Source: a virus (Duplodnaviria; Caudoviricetes). From it: DNA of 34,110 nt. Both the position numbers and the translations under genes were made by a program. Where the stretch lies: IMG/VR virus record IMGVR_UViG_3300044641_006127, positions 1 through 34,110 of that record. One strand, 5' to 3'. Every line of letters starts with the position of its first letter. Positions within the stretch are counted from its first letter, which is position 1. This document shows, piece after piece, positions 6,947-17,143 of the stretch. The notes beneath the pieces are model-generated. The model searched no databases and was not told the origin of the DNA. It saw only the letters and a list, made by a program, of their open reading frames with translations.

Positions 6947-6949
6947 AAT

Positions 6950-6978
6950 AAAAAAAGAGTGAATTCACTCTTTTTTTT
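6950..6978. terminator. Intrinsic terminator formed by a perfect 28-bp palindrome
   Basis: AAAAAAAGAGTGAATTCACTCTTTTTTT (6950-6977). Confidence 0.8.
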
Positions 6979-6979
6979 G

Positions 6980-7008
6980 TGAACCTAAATCAAAAAATTG
7001 AGTATAAT
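6980..7008 (+). promoter_or_regulatory. Putative middle promoter TGAAC-N18-TATAAT for the recombination/replication operon
   Basis: AAC 6982-6984 and TATAAT 7003-7008, directly after the terminator. Confidence 0.6.
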
Positions 7009-7023
7009 AATCAAATAGAAATT

Positions 7024-7329
7024 ATGGAATCGATTTTTGAAAATGAAAAATTATTTTCTGGCAGAATGCTTTCTTTCTCTAAATCTGGATACAGAGACAA
7101 ATTTCCTGACAACGAAGTTTATTTCAACGCAAACATTTTTGTTTTAGGAGAGGGTAAAATTTGGTATGGCGACATTGATGTCACAAAAGAAAAAGAACAA
7201 TTAGAAAATGTAGCAAGGGAAATTGGAAAAGATCTATACATTCTTAGAGAAATGGATGGAAGATTTGAAAATGAGGAATTAAAGGATTCTGAAATTATTA
7301 CTAGGGCAATGTGTAAAATAACTAAATAA
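7024..7329 (+). CDS. Hypothetical phage protein
   Basis: GRMLSFSKS..FNAN..IWYGDID..LYILREMDGRF. Start reassigned to ATG 7024 because GTG 6979 lies within the promoter. Confidence 0.75.
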   Translation: MESIFENEKLFSGRMLSFSKSGYRDKFPDNEVYFNANIFVLGEGKIWYGDIDVTKEKEQLENVAREIGKDLYILREMDGRFENEELKDSEIITRAMCKITK

Positions 7330-7340
7330 TAAAAATAAAT

Positions 7341-8501
7341 ATGGCAAAGAAAGAATTTTCATTCGCAGAATTAGACAAATCATTATCTAAAATAGATGGG
7401 TTTGAAATGGGATCAATTTTAGAAACTAACGAGTTTTCAAAAACAACAGAGTGGATCTCAACTGGTAACTATCTTTTAAATGCTCAGCTCTCTGGAAGTT
7501 TATTTGGAGGTATAGCAAATAACAGATCAATAGGAATTGCTGGAGATCCTTCTACAGGTAAGACCTTTCTTGCAATGAATATTACAAGAGAGGCTCAGAA
7601 GCAAGATTATGATGTTATTTATTGTGACACGGAAGGTGCTATAGATAAAAGCTCAGCCAAAAAATTCGGAGTTGATCCAACAAGAGTTAGATACCAGCCT
7701 ATTAAGACTATTAATGATTTTAAAATATTCACAACAAACATTTTAGAAAAAGTTAAGATTGCAAGAAAAGAAGGTGCAGAGCCTAAAATCATGATTATTT
7801 TAGATTCTCTTGGTATGCTTAGTACAGATAAAGAAACTGGTGATGCTATTAAGGGTAAAAGCGCAATGGATATGGGATTAAGATCTAAAGAAATGAGATC
7901 ACTATTTCGTGTTATAACATTAGATCTAACAGGTGTTAGAATTCCCTTGGTTTGTACTAATCACACAACAACAGGGGGAATAGGAGGATTTATGCCAACT
8001 AAAGAAGCATCAGGAGGTGATGGGCCAATTTTTTCAATGAGTAATGTTATTATGCTTTCTAAAGCACAATTAAAAGAGAATGACACAAAAACAGGAATTA
8101 TTGTAACATCAACACCTAAAAAAGCAAGATTTACTAGACCTTATCCTGTTAAATTTCATATATCATTTATGAATGGCATGAATCCTTATGTTGGATTACA
8201 AGATTTTGCTTCTTGGGACATTTGCGGAATTGAAAGAGGTAAATTAGAGGTTGATAAAAAAACAGGAGAAATGGAATTTACACCTAATGCTACTTCTACA
8301 CGATGGGCAATTAAACATTTAGGTAAAACCGTTACTTCTTCCCAATTATTTAATGGAGAAATATTTACAGATGAGGTATTAAGTATGATTGATGAGAAAG
8401 TAATTAAACCGCATTTCTTATTACCCGATCTTTTTGATGAAGACGAGCTAGCAATATTAGCTGAACCAGAAGAAGACACTGAAGAAGATGGAGAAGAATA
8501 A
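7341..8501 (+). CDS. uvsX: UvsX/RecA-like recombinase
   Basis: ISTG..LN..LSG, Walker A GDPSTGKT, DTEGA, Walker B IILDSLG, NH, SGG.G. Confidence 0.92.
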   Translation: MAKKEFSFAELDKSLSKIDGFEMGSILETNEFSKTTEWISTGNYLLNAQLSGSLFGGIANNRSIGIAGDPSTGKTFLAMNITREAQKQDYDVIYCDTEGAIDKSSAKKFGVDPTRVRYQPIKTINDFKIFTTNILEKVKIARKEGAEPKIMIILDSLGMLSTDKETGDAIKGKSAMDMGLRSKEMRSLFRVITLDLTGVRIPLVCTNHTTTGGIGGFMPTKEASGGDGPIFSMSNVIMLSKAQLKENDTKTGIIVTSTPKKARFTRPYPVKFHISFMNGMNPYVGLQDFASWDICGIERGKLEVDKKTGEMEFTPNATSTRWAIKHLGKTVTSSQLFNGEIFTDEVLSMIDEKVIKPHFLLPDLFDEDELAILAEPEEDTEEDGEE

Positions 8502-8781
8502 ACTTAAAATGAAATATCTATTGGGTATTTGGAAAGATCTTCCTGAATATCCCACAAAAGAAGATGTTATATATGAGCTTAACTCCTATTTAATTAAGGA
8601 TGGTAGGCCGGACGGAGAGTTTTCGGATCAGACGTTTAATTCTTTTCTTCCTGAGGGATGGGAAGAAAATAAATTTGGAGAAGCAGTTAATGAACTTATA
8701 GAGACAGATATTTTTGAAAAAACTGAAAAAACATTAGGAAACAAAAATTGGTATAAAATAAAGGATAATCCTCACTATTAA
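8488..8781 (+). CDS. Hypothetical protein
   Basis: 97-aa ORF overlapping the uvsX end and abutting the helicase gene. Confidence 0.75.
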   Translation: MEKNKLKMKYLLGIWKDLPEYPTKEDVIYELNSYLIKDGRPDGEFSDQTFNSFLPEGWEENKFGEAVNELIETDIFEKTEKTLGNKNWYKIKDNPHY

Positions 8782-8783
8782 AA

Positions 8784-10085
8784 ATGCAAAATCAACACTT
8801 AGAAAATATTTGGTTTAAAGCCGTAATTGACAATCCAGCTTATATTGAAGCAACAGAATCTAGTTACTTCAAGAATGCTGATTTTCAGGAAGCTTTTAAA
8901 GTCGTAAAATCATTTTGGAAAAAATATCAGCAGGTACCTAGCAAAAATCAAGTTAGAGAATCAGCAAAGCTTCTTAAATTAGAAGATAAACTCACTGATT
9001 CTTTACTTGAATCCATGTGGTCAATCTCTCTTAACGATTATGATACCGATTGGCTACAACAAAATACAGAGTCATGGATTGAATGGAAAACGCTCGAAAA
9101 AAGTGCAGTAGATTCAATAAATTATATTAGAAGTACTGATGTTACACCAGATAATATTAAGGACGTAATTAACACATATAAATCGATAGTCGTTGATCGT
9201 AATAAGGTGGATTTTTCATTCGATATGGGACTTAACTTTAAAGATCCAGAATCTCACAAGCAGCCAAGTAGCTTAACTTTCTCTAGTGGATATGATTACA
9301 TCGATCATTGTCTCGGGGGAGGATTTTCAGCTAAATGTCTATATGTTTTATTAGGACAACCTAAAGTTGGTAAAACCCTTTGGCTTGGTAACATAGCAAC
9401 ACAAGCCATTAGAGCAGCAAATAATGTTGCTATTGTTACATTAGAATTAGGTGATAGAAAATATATGAAAAGATTAGGATCTAATCTTTTAGGAATTAGA
9501 ATGTCAGAGTACAAAGACTCAGCAGAGAATGACTCGCAAATTAAGAAGAAAATAACAAATCTTGGATTTGACAATTTAAGAACCCCCGGTGAATTAGTAG
9601 TTAAGGAATTTCCAACTTCACAAGCATCTGCAATAGACATAGAGAATTGGTTAACTAAAGTTGAACAAGTAATGGGAATTAAATTTAAAATTGTTATCAT
9701 TGACTACATCAATATTATGAAGAACTGGAGAAATCCAAATTCAGAAAATACATATATGAAAATCAAGCAGATTGCAGAGGATCTTAGAGCTGCAGCACAA
9801 AGAAATGATTGGGCAATAGTAACAGCAACTCAGACAAAACAAAGTGAATTTGATGCTACAGATCTTAGTATGAATTCAGCATCGGAATCATCAGGACTAG
9901 TAGCAACAGTTGATGGTATGTTTGGTATTATACAAGACCCTATGATGCTTACTAATAATGAATACAAGTTAAAATTGCTTGCAAATAGGGATGAAGGCTA
10001 TAAAAACTCTTACAAAAAGTTTATAGTTGATTACACCTTCATGAGAATATCTGAAGATCCCAACTCTCAAATAATAAATGACTGA
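8784..10085 (+). CDS. DnaB-family replicative helicase (T4 gp41-like)
   Basis: Walker A GQPKVGKT, TLE, KEFPT, IIDYINIM, AEDLR, TATQ, SESSG..ATVD. Confidence 0.92.
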   Translation: MQNQHLENIWFKAVIDNPAYIEATESSYFKNADFQEAFKVVKSFWKKYQQVPSKNQVRESAKLLKLEDKLTDSLLESMWSISLNDYDTDWLQQNTESWIEWKTLEKSAVDSINYIRSTDVTPDNIKDVINTYKSIVVDRNKVDFSFDMGLNFKDPESHKQPSSLTFSSGYDYIDHCLGGGFSAKCLYVLLGQPKVGKTLWLGNIATQAIRAANNVAIVTLELGDRKYMKRLGSNLLGIRMSEYKDSAENDSQIKKKITNLGFDNLRTPGELVVKEFPTSQASAIDIENWLTKVEQVMGIKFKIVIIDYINIMKNWRNPNSENTYMKIKQIAEDLRAAAQRNDWAIVTATQTKQSEFDATDLSMNSASESSGLVATVDGMFGIIQDPMMLTNNEYKLKLLANRDEGYKNSYKKFIVDYTFMRISEDPNSQIIND

Positions 10086-10561
10086 TGAAAAAACAACAAA
10101 AACTGATTGAAGATGAAAAAATAGACCTTGACGAAAATCAAGAATCAGAAGATAAAAATAACAAAAAAGATACTGAAGATGAAGAGTTTGAAGTGGATCC
10201 TAGCACAGATTATAGAAGCTTACAATCTATAGTAACTTATGAAGATGAAGATTATATTTATTCATGTAATCTAAACAATAAAATAGACGAAATTTTTAAA
10301 GTATCAAGATGGTCAATCATAAGTCCGAGTAAAAAAATACCAAAAGATCTTATACCTCTAATATTCCAAGACATACTAAAAGAATTAGAGGAAACAGAAT
10401 TTACAATGGTGGAAAAATTTGTTGCTATATGTGATTATACTGCAATAAATTATCAAAAAGCTTACGAATCTATTCACATGAAATATAAAGAAATCATAGT
10501 GCATGAGATGGATCAAAAATATAGTATTTTAAGTAAAAAAGGAATTAAAAAGATATTTTAA
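10085..10561 (+). CDS. Hypothetical protein, C-terminus resembling T4 gp33 late-transcription coactivator
   Basis: Acidic N-terminus; helical pattern EE..FTMVE...AICD...I........I....KEII..E. Family call is tentative. Confidence 0.45.
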   Translation: MKKQQKLIEDEKIDLDENQESEDKNNKKDTEDEEFEVDPSTDYRSLQSIVTYEDEDYIYSCNLNNKIDEIFKVSRWSIISPSKKIPKDLIPLIFQDILKELEETEFTMVEKFVAICDYTAINYQKAYESIHMKYKEIIVHEMDQKYSILSKKGIKKIF

Positions 10562-11673
10562 TGGAGAAATTCTCAGATATTAAGAGAGTAATTTTTATTA
10601 CAGATACTCACTTAGGTGTAAGAAACAATTCTAACGATTGGATAGACATTCATGAGGATTATTTTAAAAATTGGTTTATTCCTCTTTGCAAAAAAATATA
10701 CAGACCAGGGGATTGCCTAGTGCATCTTGGTGATGTTTATGACAGTAGACAATCTCTTAATCTTAGAGTTCTTAATCTGGGAATAGAAATATTTGAAGAT
10801 CTTTCAGCAATTTTTAAAGATGGTATTTTTATAATCTGTGGTAATCATGATATTTATGGGAAAAATACAAATGAGGTAAATTCTTTAAAATCTCTTAAAT
10901 GGATCCCTGGAATAAAAATATATGAGGAACCTGAATCTATACAACTAGGTAATAGAAAGATTTTTCTTATGCCATGGAGAAAAGATCATGATGCTGAGAG
11001 GGAAACATTAATGACGGTAAAAGAACCACATGATTATATGTTCTGCCATACGGATCTTAAAGGCCTAATGTTTAATAAGTTTGTAAGAATTGATGCAGGA
11101 TTAGACTATGCAGACATGAATAAATTTGAAAGAGTTTATTCTGGTCATATACATTATTCTCAGACATTTGGAAAAATGAGAATGCTAGGATCTCCTTTTC
11201 AGCTAACAAGATCTGATACAGATAACACAAAAGGAATAACTGTACTTGATTTAGAAACAGGATTTGAAGAGTATTACGAAAATAATTACTCACCTAAATT
11301 TGTCAGAATTACCTTCGAAAAAGTTTTAAATTCAACCCCTAATGAATTAAATCCTATATTCAAAAACAATTTTATAGACATATTGGTTGATCCAGAATTA
11401 GCAGTAAAAGCTCCGCTTGGATTATTAACCGAATATGTAATTTCCCCATTAAAAATATCATTCACACCAGTAACTAATCCGGGTGAGGAATTAGTCGATG
11501 AAGGATTCCATGACCTAGAAGGAAAAAGCTTTTCTATTTTAGATCTAACTAAATTATACTTAGATAAGTGTAACTATGAAGATGATAAGAAAACTAAGAT
11601 CTATAAAGCGATAGAAAAATTATTACATAAAGTTTCAGTACAAGTTAAAGAAGATGAAGATCAAGAAGATTGA
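10561..11673 (+). CDS. Mre11/SbcD-like recombination nuclease (T4 gp47-like)
   Basis: Metallophosphoesterase motifs DTHLG, GDVYD, GNHD, H, SGHIH, GSP. Confidence 0.92.
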   Translation: MEKFSDIKRVIFITDTHLGVRNNSNDWIDIHEDYFKNWFIPLCKKIYRPGDCLVHLGDVYDSRQSLNLRVLNLGIEIFEDLSAIFKDGIFIICGNHDIYGKNTNEVNSLKSLKWIPGIKIYEEPESIQLGNRKIFLMPWRKDHDAERETLMTVKEPHDYMFCHTDLKGLMFNKFVRIDAGLDYADMNKFERVYSGHIHYSQTFGKMRMLGSPFQLTRSDTDNTKGITVLDLETGFEEYYENNYSPKFVRITFEKVLNSTPNELNPIFKNNFIDILVDPELAVKAPLGLLTEYVISPLKISFTPVTNPGEELVDEGFHDLEGKSFSILDLTKLYLDKCNYEDDKKTKIYKAIEKLLHKVSVQVKEDEDQED

Positions 11674-13321
11674 ATGGAGAAATGTTGCTTCTTATGGTAA
11701 CAAATTACAAAAATTAGAATTACCAGATAAATCTGGTCTAATCCAAGTAGTTGGTGAAAATGGGGTAGGTAAATCTACCATATCGGATGTTATTACATTT
11801 GGTCTATACGGAAAACTTGAAGGAAAAAAACTGAAAGATATTCCGAATAGATCAAACAAATCTGCTTGGATGAAGATCGAGTTTGAACAAGACGGTAAAG
11901 TTTATGAGGTTGAAAGAGGCTTAGATCCTTCACATTTTCAATTGACTATTGATGGAAACATCTACGATCAAGCAGGAAAAAATAATGTACAGGAATTTTT
12001 AAGTGAGGACATTTTAAAAATCCCTTATTACGTTTTTAATAACACAATATCCTTATCAATTAATGACTTTAAAAGCTTTCTTAAAATGAGTACAGCTGAT
12101 AAAAAATTAATTATAGACAAGATTTTTGGATTTTATATTCTTAATGAAATGCGTGATATTCTTAAGGAAGAATCAAAGACAATAAAATCATCAATTGATC
12201 GATTATCCGGTGAAATATTTGCTACGGGAAGATCTATAGCAGCATCTCAGAAAGAATTAGAAGAGTTACAACAAAAAATACTAGAAAATTCCGGATCAGA
12301 AATAGAAAGTAGTAACGAACAATTAGAAAACTATAGAGAACTTCTAAAATTACATGGGGATAAATTAAAAGATTTTAGATCTAAAGAAAATGAAGCAACT
12401 AGGAACGTAACAAAATCATATGAATTGTATAGTGATTTAGGTTCTAAAATTAAAGATATAGATTCAAAAATGAATTTATATAATAACGAAAAATGTCCAA
12501 CTTGTGCATCAGATCTTTCGACAGATTTTCACAAGAACGTGTTTGACGATCTTTCAGATCTTAAGATTAAATTCACAGGGGATTTAGCAGATTTAAAAAA
12601 GAATTATGAAGATGCTAAGAAAGTCCAAAGCCAATTGGCTACCATTAAGAATGATCTATTTACCAAAGGAGGTAAAATAGAAAGTGCAATTAGAACATTA
12701 CAAGATAAGATTAAAACACTTAAGACTTCAAAAAATAACGACCAAGTTAATTCGGTAAGAAAACTTCTTAATGCAGCCAATGACGATCTTTCAGATTTTA
12801 ACCAGGAAAAAACAGTTTGGGAAGAAAGACAGATCTGGATTAAGACATTAGACGAAGTGCTTAGTGAGAAAGGTGTTAAACAATTAGCTATTAAGTCCAT
12901 ATTGCCGTCTCTAAACAACGAAATACTAAATACCTTATTATCCCTTCACTTACCATATAAAGTCGTTTTTAACGAAGAATTTAATGCACAAATATTTCAC
13001 TTAGGAGAAGAGATATCAACACAGACACTATCAACAGGGGAAATGAAAAAAGTGGATTTTGCAGTGCTTGTTGCTATTATAAAATTAATGAAAATAAGAT
13101 TTTCGTCGGTTAATATTCTTTTTCTTGATGAAATATTTAGTTCAGTAGATCCTGATGGTGTTCATAGTATATTAAACACCTTGAGGAAATTATCAGACGA
13201 TCTAAGCATGAACATTTTTGTAATAAATCATGCTCCAATGCCAACGGAAATATTTGATTATAAGATAGAAATATCAAAAAAGAATAATTTCTCTGATATT
13301 GCTTTCGATAAAATGGTATAA
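11654..13321 (+). CDS. Rad50/SbcC-like ATPase (T4 gp46-like)
   Basis: Walker A GENGVGKS, coiled coils, zinc hook CPTC, signature LSTGE, Walker B LFLDE, H-loop. Confidence 0.92.
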   Translation: MKIKKIEWRNVASYGNKLQKLELPDKSGLIQVVGENGVGKSTISDVITFGLYGKLEGKKLKDIPNRSNKSAWMKIEFEQDGKVYEVERGLDPSHFQLTIDGNIYDQAGKNNVQEFLSEDILKIPYYVFNNTISLSINDFKSFLKMSTADKKLIIDKIFGFYILNEMRDILKEESKTIKSSIDRLSGEIFATGRSIAASQKELEELQQKILENSGSEIESSNEQLENYRELLKLHGDKLKDFRSKENEATRNVTKSYELYSDLGSKIKDIDSKMNLYNNEKCPTCASDLSTDFHKNVFDDLSDLKIKFTGDLADLKKNYEDAKKVQSQLATIKNDLFTKGGKIESAIRTLQDKIKTLKTSKNNDQVNSVRKLLNAANDDLSDFNQEKTVWEERQIWIKTLDEVLSEKGVKQLAIKSILPSLNNEILNTLLSLHLPYKVVFNEEFNAQIFHLGEEISTQTLSTGEMKKVDFAVLVAIIKLMKIRFSSVNILFLDEIFSSVDPDGVHSILNTLRKLSDDLSMNIFVINHAPMPTEIFDYKIEISKKNNFSDIAFDKMV

Positions 13322-13329
13322 GATATATA
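13322..13329 (+). promoter_or_regulatory. Putative late promoter GATATATA opening the morphogenesis block
   Basis: Exact octamer in a 12-nt gap, ending 4 nt before ATG 13334. Confidence 0.65.
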
Positions 13330-13333
13330 AATC

Positions 13334-13753
13334 ATGGCAGATATATTTCCAGCAGGCACAGAATCTATAAGAAATCTTACACCGAAATTTAACTATTTTT
13401 TAGTGGTTAAAGGTGATTCTATTGCAGACGATATTCCACAAAAAGAATACTTCGTTTATAGATTTAAAGTGGCTATTAGCGCTAAAGATGGAATTAGTGA
13501 ATTGAAAAAATATTTTAGATTCACCTTAAATTCACAGGTTTTTACGTGTAGAGAACTTAGTGATATTGAATATGCTACTGGTGATTTTTATCATCCAGAT
13601 TATAAAAATCACAAAAAAGAACCTATAGCTTTTAAATTGAGAGAGATTCCTATTTATATGCAATCAGTGATAAGAGTTATAGATTTTAATAAAGATCCGT
13701 ATCAATACGGCAGTAAACCTATAATAAAGGATAATACATCATTTATAACGTAA
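13334..13753 (+). CDS. Hypothetical late protein
   Basis: 139-aa ORF behind a late box. Confidence 0.75.
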   Translation: MADIFPAGTESIRNLTPKFNYFLVVKGDSIADDIPQKEYFVYRFKVAISAKDGISELKKYFRFTLNSQVFTCRELSDIEYATGDFYHPDYKNHKKEPIAFKLREIPIYMQSVIRVIDFNKDPYQYGSKPIIKDNTSFIT

Positions 13754-13762
13754 TAACAAAAT

Positions 13763-14599
13763 ATGAATTTTTTAGAAAAATATAACACAGATGAGGTATT
13801 CTTTAGAGGAATAATACTTGGATTATTAACTAAGTTAAACCAAACAATAACTTACGAACAAACCGACAACGATCAAGTAACTAGTGTAATTCATATACCA
13901 TTCTTTTATTCTATGGTAGGAGATGAGCCATTCTTACAAGACTTTTACCTTTCTTACGAAGATTGTGACGGCAATCCTGCATTTGCTGAAGGAAATTATG
14001 ATGTTGTTCCAAGAGGAATTATCGAAATGGGATCAATAAGAATTGATTCTTCATCTGCAACAACAAAATTTGTTAGAGGATCATATGTCAAAGAAGTTGA
14101 GAAAGAAGAAGGAAGTGAAATGACTACTTTCTCTTCTTATTTCAATCCGATACCATTATCATTGCAGATTGTTGCTAAAATAAAAGTTGACACAACTCTT
14201 GATGCTTTTAAAGTTCAACAAAGTATTCTTGAAATACTTTATAAAAGGTTCGTGTATAATTTTCAATATAAAGGATTTAGAGTTCCTGTACAAGTAGTTA
14301 TGCCTGATTCTCCACCAGATAAACAACCTAATAATTTTCAAATGTCATATGGATCTCAAAGAGGAGAAGCTATCACACTATCTTTCACTATGGACTTAGA
14401 AACATATTTACCTGATATAGATATAACTACAGAGCGATTCAGAGGTAATTTAATGCAAGGTGGGATAAAATTAAATGTTGAGTTTGGAACTGCTCCAGTT
14501 GATGACAGCCAAATAATATCAGGATTAGGAGTTTATGCAGTTAGAAGTGATATAAAAGGCGAAACTGGCGTAACAGGAGCTGCTTCATCCAACCCTTAA
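13763..14599 (+). CDS. Tail terminator / sheath stabiliser (T4 gp15-like)
   Basis: IHIPFFY, VPRG.I, PIPL, DAFKV...IL, L.FTMDLETYLP pattern; located in the neck cluster. Confidence 0.65.
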   Translation: MNFLEKYNTDEVFFRGIILGLLTKLNQTITYEQTDNDQVTSVIHIPFFYSMVGDEPFLQDFYLSYEDCDGNPAFAEGNYDVVPRGIIEMGSIRIDSSSATTKFVRGSYVKEVEKEEGSEMTTFSSYFNPIPLSLQIVAKIKVDTTLDAFKVQQSILEILYKRFVYNFQYKGFRVPVQVVMPDSPPDKQPNNFQMSYGSQRGEAITLSFTMDLETYLPDIDITTERFRGNLMQGGIKLNVEFGTAPVDDSQIISGLGVYAVRSDIKGETGVTGAASSNP

Positions 14600-14913
14600 G
14601 AATTCAAAGACTGATCCTCTGTAGTTACTTCTTCAACAACTTCTTTTACTTCTTCAAATTCAGTAACTCCAGAATCTTTAGATTTTCTGTAGCCTAAAAG
14701 AGTTGCACCTATTGATACAAAAATAATTGATTGTATTAAAATATCTACATTCTCGTTTAAAAACATTTTATCGATACACCCAAGGAAGAAAGTAATTCCT
14801 CCTATAAAGACGATGTATAAGCCTGCTGTACCACTTCCCGAAGTTTTTCCGTCTGAGTTAGAAGTGAGTTGTGAAAAACTAAACTTCTCCATAGATGCTC
14901 TGAATTTTTTCAT
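14596..14913 (-). CDS. Small two-TM membrane protein (holin-like candidate)
   Basis: SNSDGKTSGSG, then two hydrophobic helices and a charged C-tail; start reassigned to ATG 14913. Confidence 0.65.
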   Translation of the reverse strand: MKKFRASMEKFSFSQLTSNSDGKTSGSGTAGLYIVFIGGITFFLGCIDKMFLNENVDILIQSIIFVSIGATLLGYRKSKDSGVTEFEEVKEVVEEVTTEDQSLNS

Positions 14914-14924
14914 ATTGTTTTTCT

Positions 14925-14934
14925 GATATATATT
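14925..14934. promoter_or_regulatory. Putative bidirectional late promoter
   Basis: GATATATA on + and AATATATA on -, within a 37-bp divergent gap. Confidence 0.55.
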
Positions 14935-14950
14935 ACAAACATAAGCCAAA

Positions 14951-17140
14951 ATGGCAGAGAACTTAATAGATTTTACTTCAATTGGAAATTATAGAATAAT
15001 TTCCTGGAGCCAACCATTTAAAAATGTTCAATCATTTAATGGATGGATAATTGATACAACAGGAGAAGATCCCCCGCATATTTTTTTATATTTAGAATTT
15101 AGATGGAGTATTAATGGGTCTAATTGGTCTTTATGGAGTCAACTGACTGAACAATCGGTTCAATCACTATCTATATCTCCTGATAATCCATTATGGTTAG
15201 AGATAAGAATGTCTGCTATGTCCGATGAAAATTCTAGTCCTTATTATTCACCAGGAACTTCATTAAGTCCTCCTATAATTTTATTAGATTTTGAATTTGA
15301 TTTGTCTTACAAGACAGTAGACCCTAGGGATTTAATGGGTAATCCACCTTCACCTATATGTGGTAAAGAATTAACTAATTATCCTATAGTTTTTTCCGAT
15401 TGTAATTTTACATTTAAACCATACGATATAAATAGAGCTGTAAATCTATATCAAGATTTAAGTAAAATTGTAAATAATGTTTTTGGCCACGAGGTTATTT
15501 ATTATTCAGTACAACCACAAGGTAGGGGAAAAGACGTGGTATTAAAAGAGTATACATTATTTGATGTTGTCGAAGAAAAATGTGTAAAGGTAATGGTTCC
15601 AAATAACACGTTCCCTGATGCAGCTTTAACATTCGAATCGTGGGGATTAAATTTTAATCAACCTTTTGAAATTCACATAGATAGAAAATACTTCGAAAGT
15701 ATTTTTGGAAAAGGATCTCAACCAAGAAAAAGAGACATTATTTTCTTCCCTTTAACTAATAGAATTTACCAAATAGATTCTATGTATGTTTTTAGAGACA
15801 TAAATAATTATCCAGTATATTTTAAAATACAATTAGTTAAATATGAAATTAAAAAAAATACATCTTTTCTTAACCCTTCTTCTGAATCTGCTTTGGTAGA
15901 TTACACTGTAAACACACAAGAATTATTTGGCGAAGAAACTAAAAATCAAGAAATTGAATTAACTAAACCTCAACAATACACAATAACATCACAAAGAAGA
16001 CTAGAAGATCCTATAAGATCCTATATAAGCAAAGGCCTTCCTATAATAGAATATGATCTAAATAATAATTGGACTATAGTTTTTAATAACTATTATGACT
16101 TAGATAAATTATTTATTGACGCAGAAAATATAGTAGATCCTCAATCTCCTGCACTATTAGATTTTGAAAGAGATGCTGTTAGATGGAAGTCAGATCCAGT
16201 TTTAACTGAAACCGACGAGAGATCTTTTATGTGCTGGTTTAGAACAAGAAATTTCTTAGATAGAAGTAAATTAGTTCCGAAGCCTGCTCCTAAATTGACA
16301 ATAACTATTGATACGATAGGAACAAACGAAATAACTTATACAACTTATCCAATACCACATAAATTAAGTCTTGGTGAAAATCCTAACGGATTTATATCAA
16401 TACTTGGGGATGCAACAAGATCTGGAGGATTTGAAATATTAGAAATTGTCGATCAATTTAGATTTAAAGTGAAAGATAATGGTGCAGCTGCTCCTGTTAC
16501 AACTGCTGGGTGGAAAGCACAAAAAGCACAATCAAGAATTCTATTTGATGGATATTACGGAGGTCAAGGATTACGCTTAGATTTCATATGGAGTGGATCA
16601 AATGCAGTTACTAGTCCAACGGATAATAATTACATACAAACGGGAAGTTTTAGAATAAAGATAAATAACTTAGAAGTATACTCTCCTTTTGGAGCTGGGA
16701 TAGCTAGCACTATAGGACAATTTATACCTTCTGTTGATGATTGGTATGGATTTGTTTTTAATTTTTCTAACATATTCAGACAATATTCGCTAAAGGTTTG
16801 GCAATTGACCTATGATCCTGATAATCCATTAGCTCAAACTTCGGATTTGAGTCTAATACATTCAATGGATGGAGTTACTTCACAGGCTTACACTTTTAAT
16901 ATTTCGCCTGTAATTGAAAATGATTATGATAGTCCATTTTACGGAACTAATAATTATTCATATAAAACTAGTTCTTGTCCACTTTGGGCAACTAACTATA
17001 GATTTTTTAAACATATGGTAGAAGAGGAAAAACAGTCAACAATACTAAATCAGAATATAATAGGAGATGCGCATCTTGCTATTATAATAGATAATGCTAA
17101 ACCTGTACTGAAATTGCCGCGTGTGGCTAGAAACAGATAA
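14951..17140 (+). CDS. Neck / head-closure protein (T4 gp14-like core) with N- and C-terminal extra domains
   Basis: FGHEVIYY, FEIHID...FE, PRKRDIIFFPL.NRIYQI correspond to the gp14 P.EGDLIYFP...FEI pattern. Confidence 0.65.
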   Translation: MAENLIDFTSIGNYRIISWSQPFKNVQSFNGWIIDTTGEDPPHIFLYLEFRWSINGSNWSLWSQLTEQSVQSLSISPDNPLWLEIRMSAMSDENSSPYYSPGTSLSPPIILLDFEFDLSYKTVDPRDLMGNPPSPICGKELTNYPIVFSDCNFTFKPYDINRAVNLYQDLSKIVNNVFGHEVIYYSVQPQGRGKDVVLKEYTLFDVVEEKCVKVMVPNNTFPDAALTFESWGLNFNQPFEIHIDRKYFESIFGKGSQPRKRDIIFFPLTNRIYQIDSMYVFRDINNYPVYFKIQLVKYEIKKNTSFLNPSSESALVDYTVNTQELFGEETKNQEIELTKPQQYTITSQRRLEDPIRSYISKGLPIIEYDLNNNWTIVFNNYYDLDKLFIDAENIVDPQSPALLDFERDAVRWKSDPVLTETDERSFMCWFRTRNFLDRSKLVPKPAPKLTITIDTIGTNEITYTTYPIPHKLSLGENPNGFISILGDATRSGGFEILEIVDQFRFKVKDNGAAAPVTTAGWKAQKAQSRILFDGYYGGQGLRLDFIWSGSNAVTSPTDNNYIQTGSFRIKINNLEVYSPFGAGIASTIGQFIPSVDDWYGFVFNFSNIFRQYSLKVWQLTYDPDNPLAQTSDLSLIHSMDGVTSQAYTFNISPVIENDYDSPFYGTNNYSYKTSSCPLWATNYRFFKHMVEEEKQSTILNQNIIGDAHLAIIIDNAKPVLKLPRVARNR

Positions 17141-17143
17141 TTT

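Noticed and set aside
13028-13042. LSTGE instead of LSGGE in the Rad50 signature as a sign of inactivation
   Set aside because: Phage gp46-family proteins commonly vary at this position, and all other ATPase motifs are intact.
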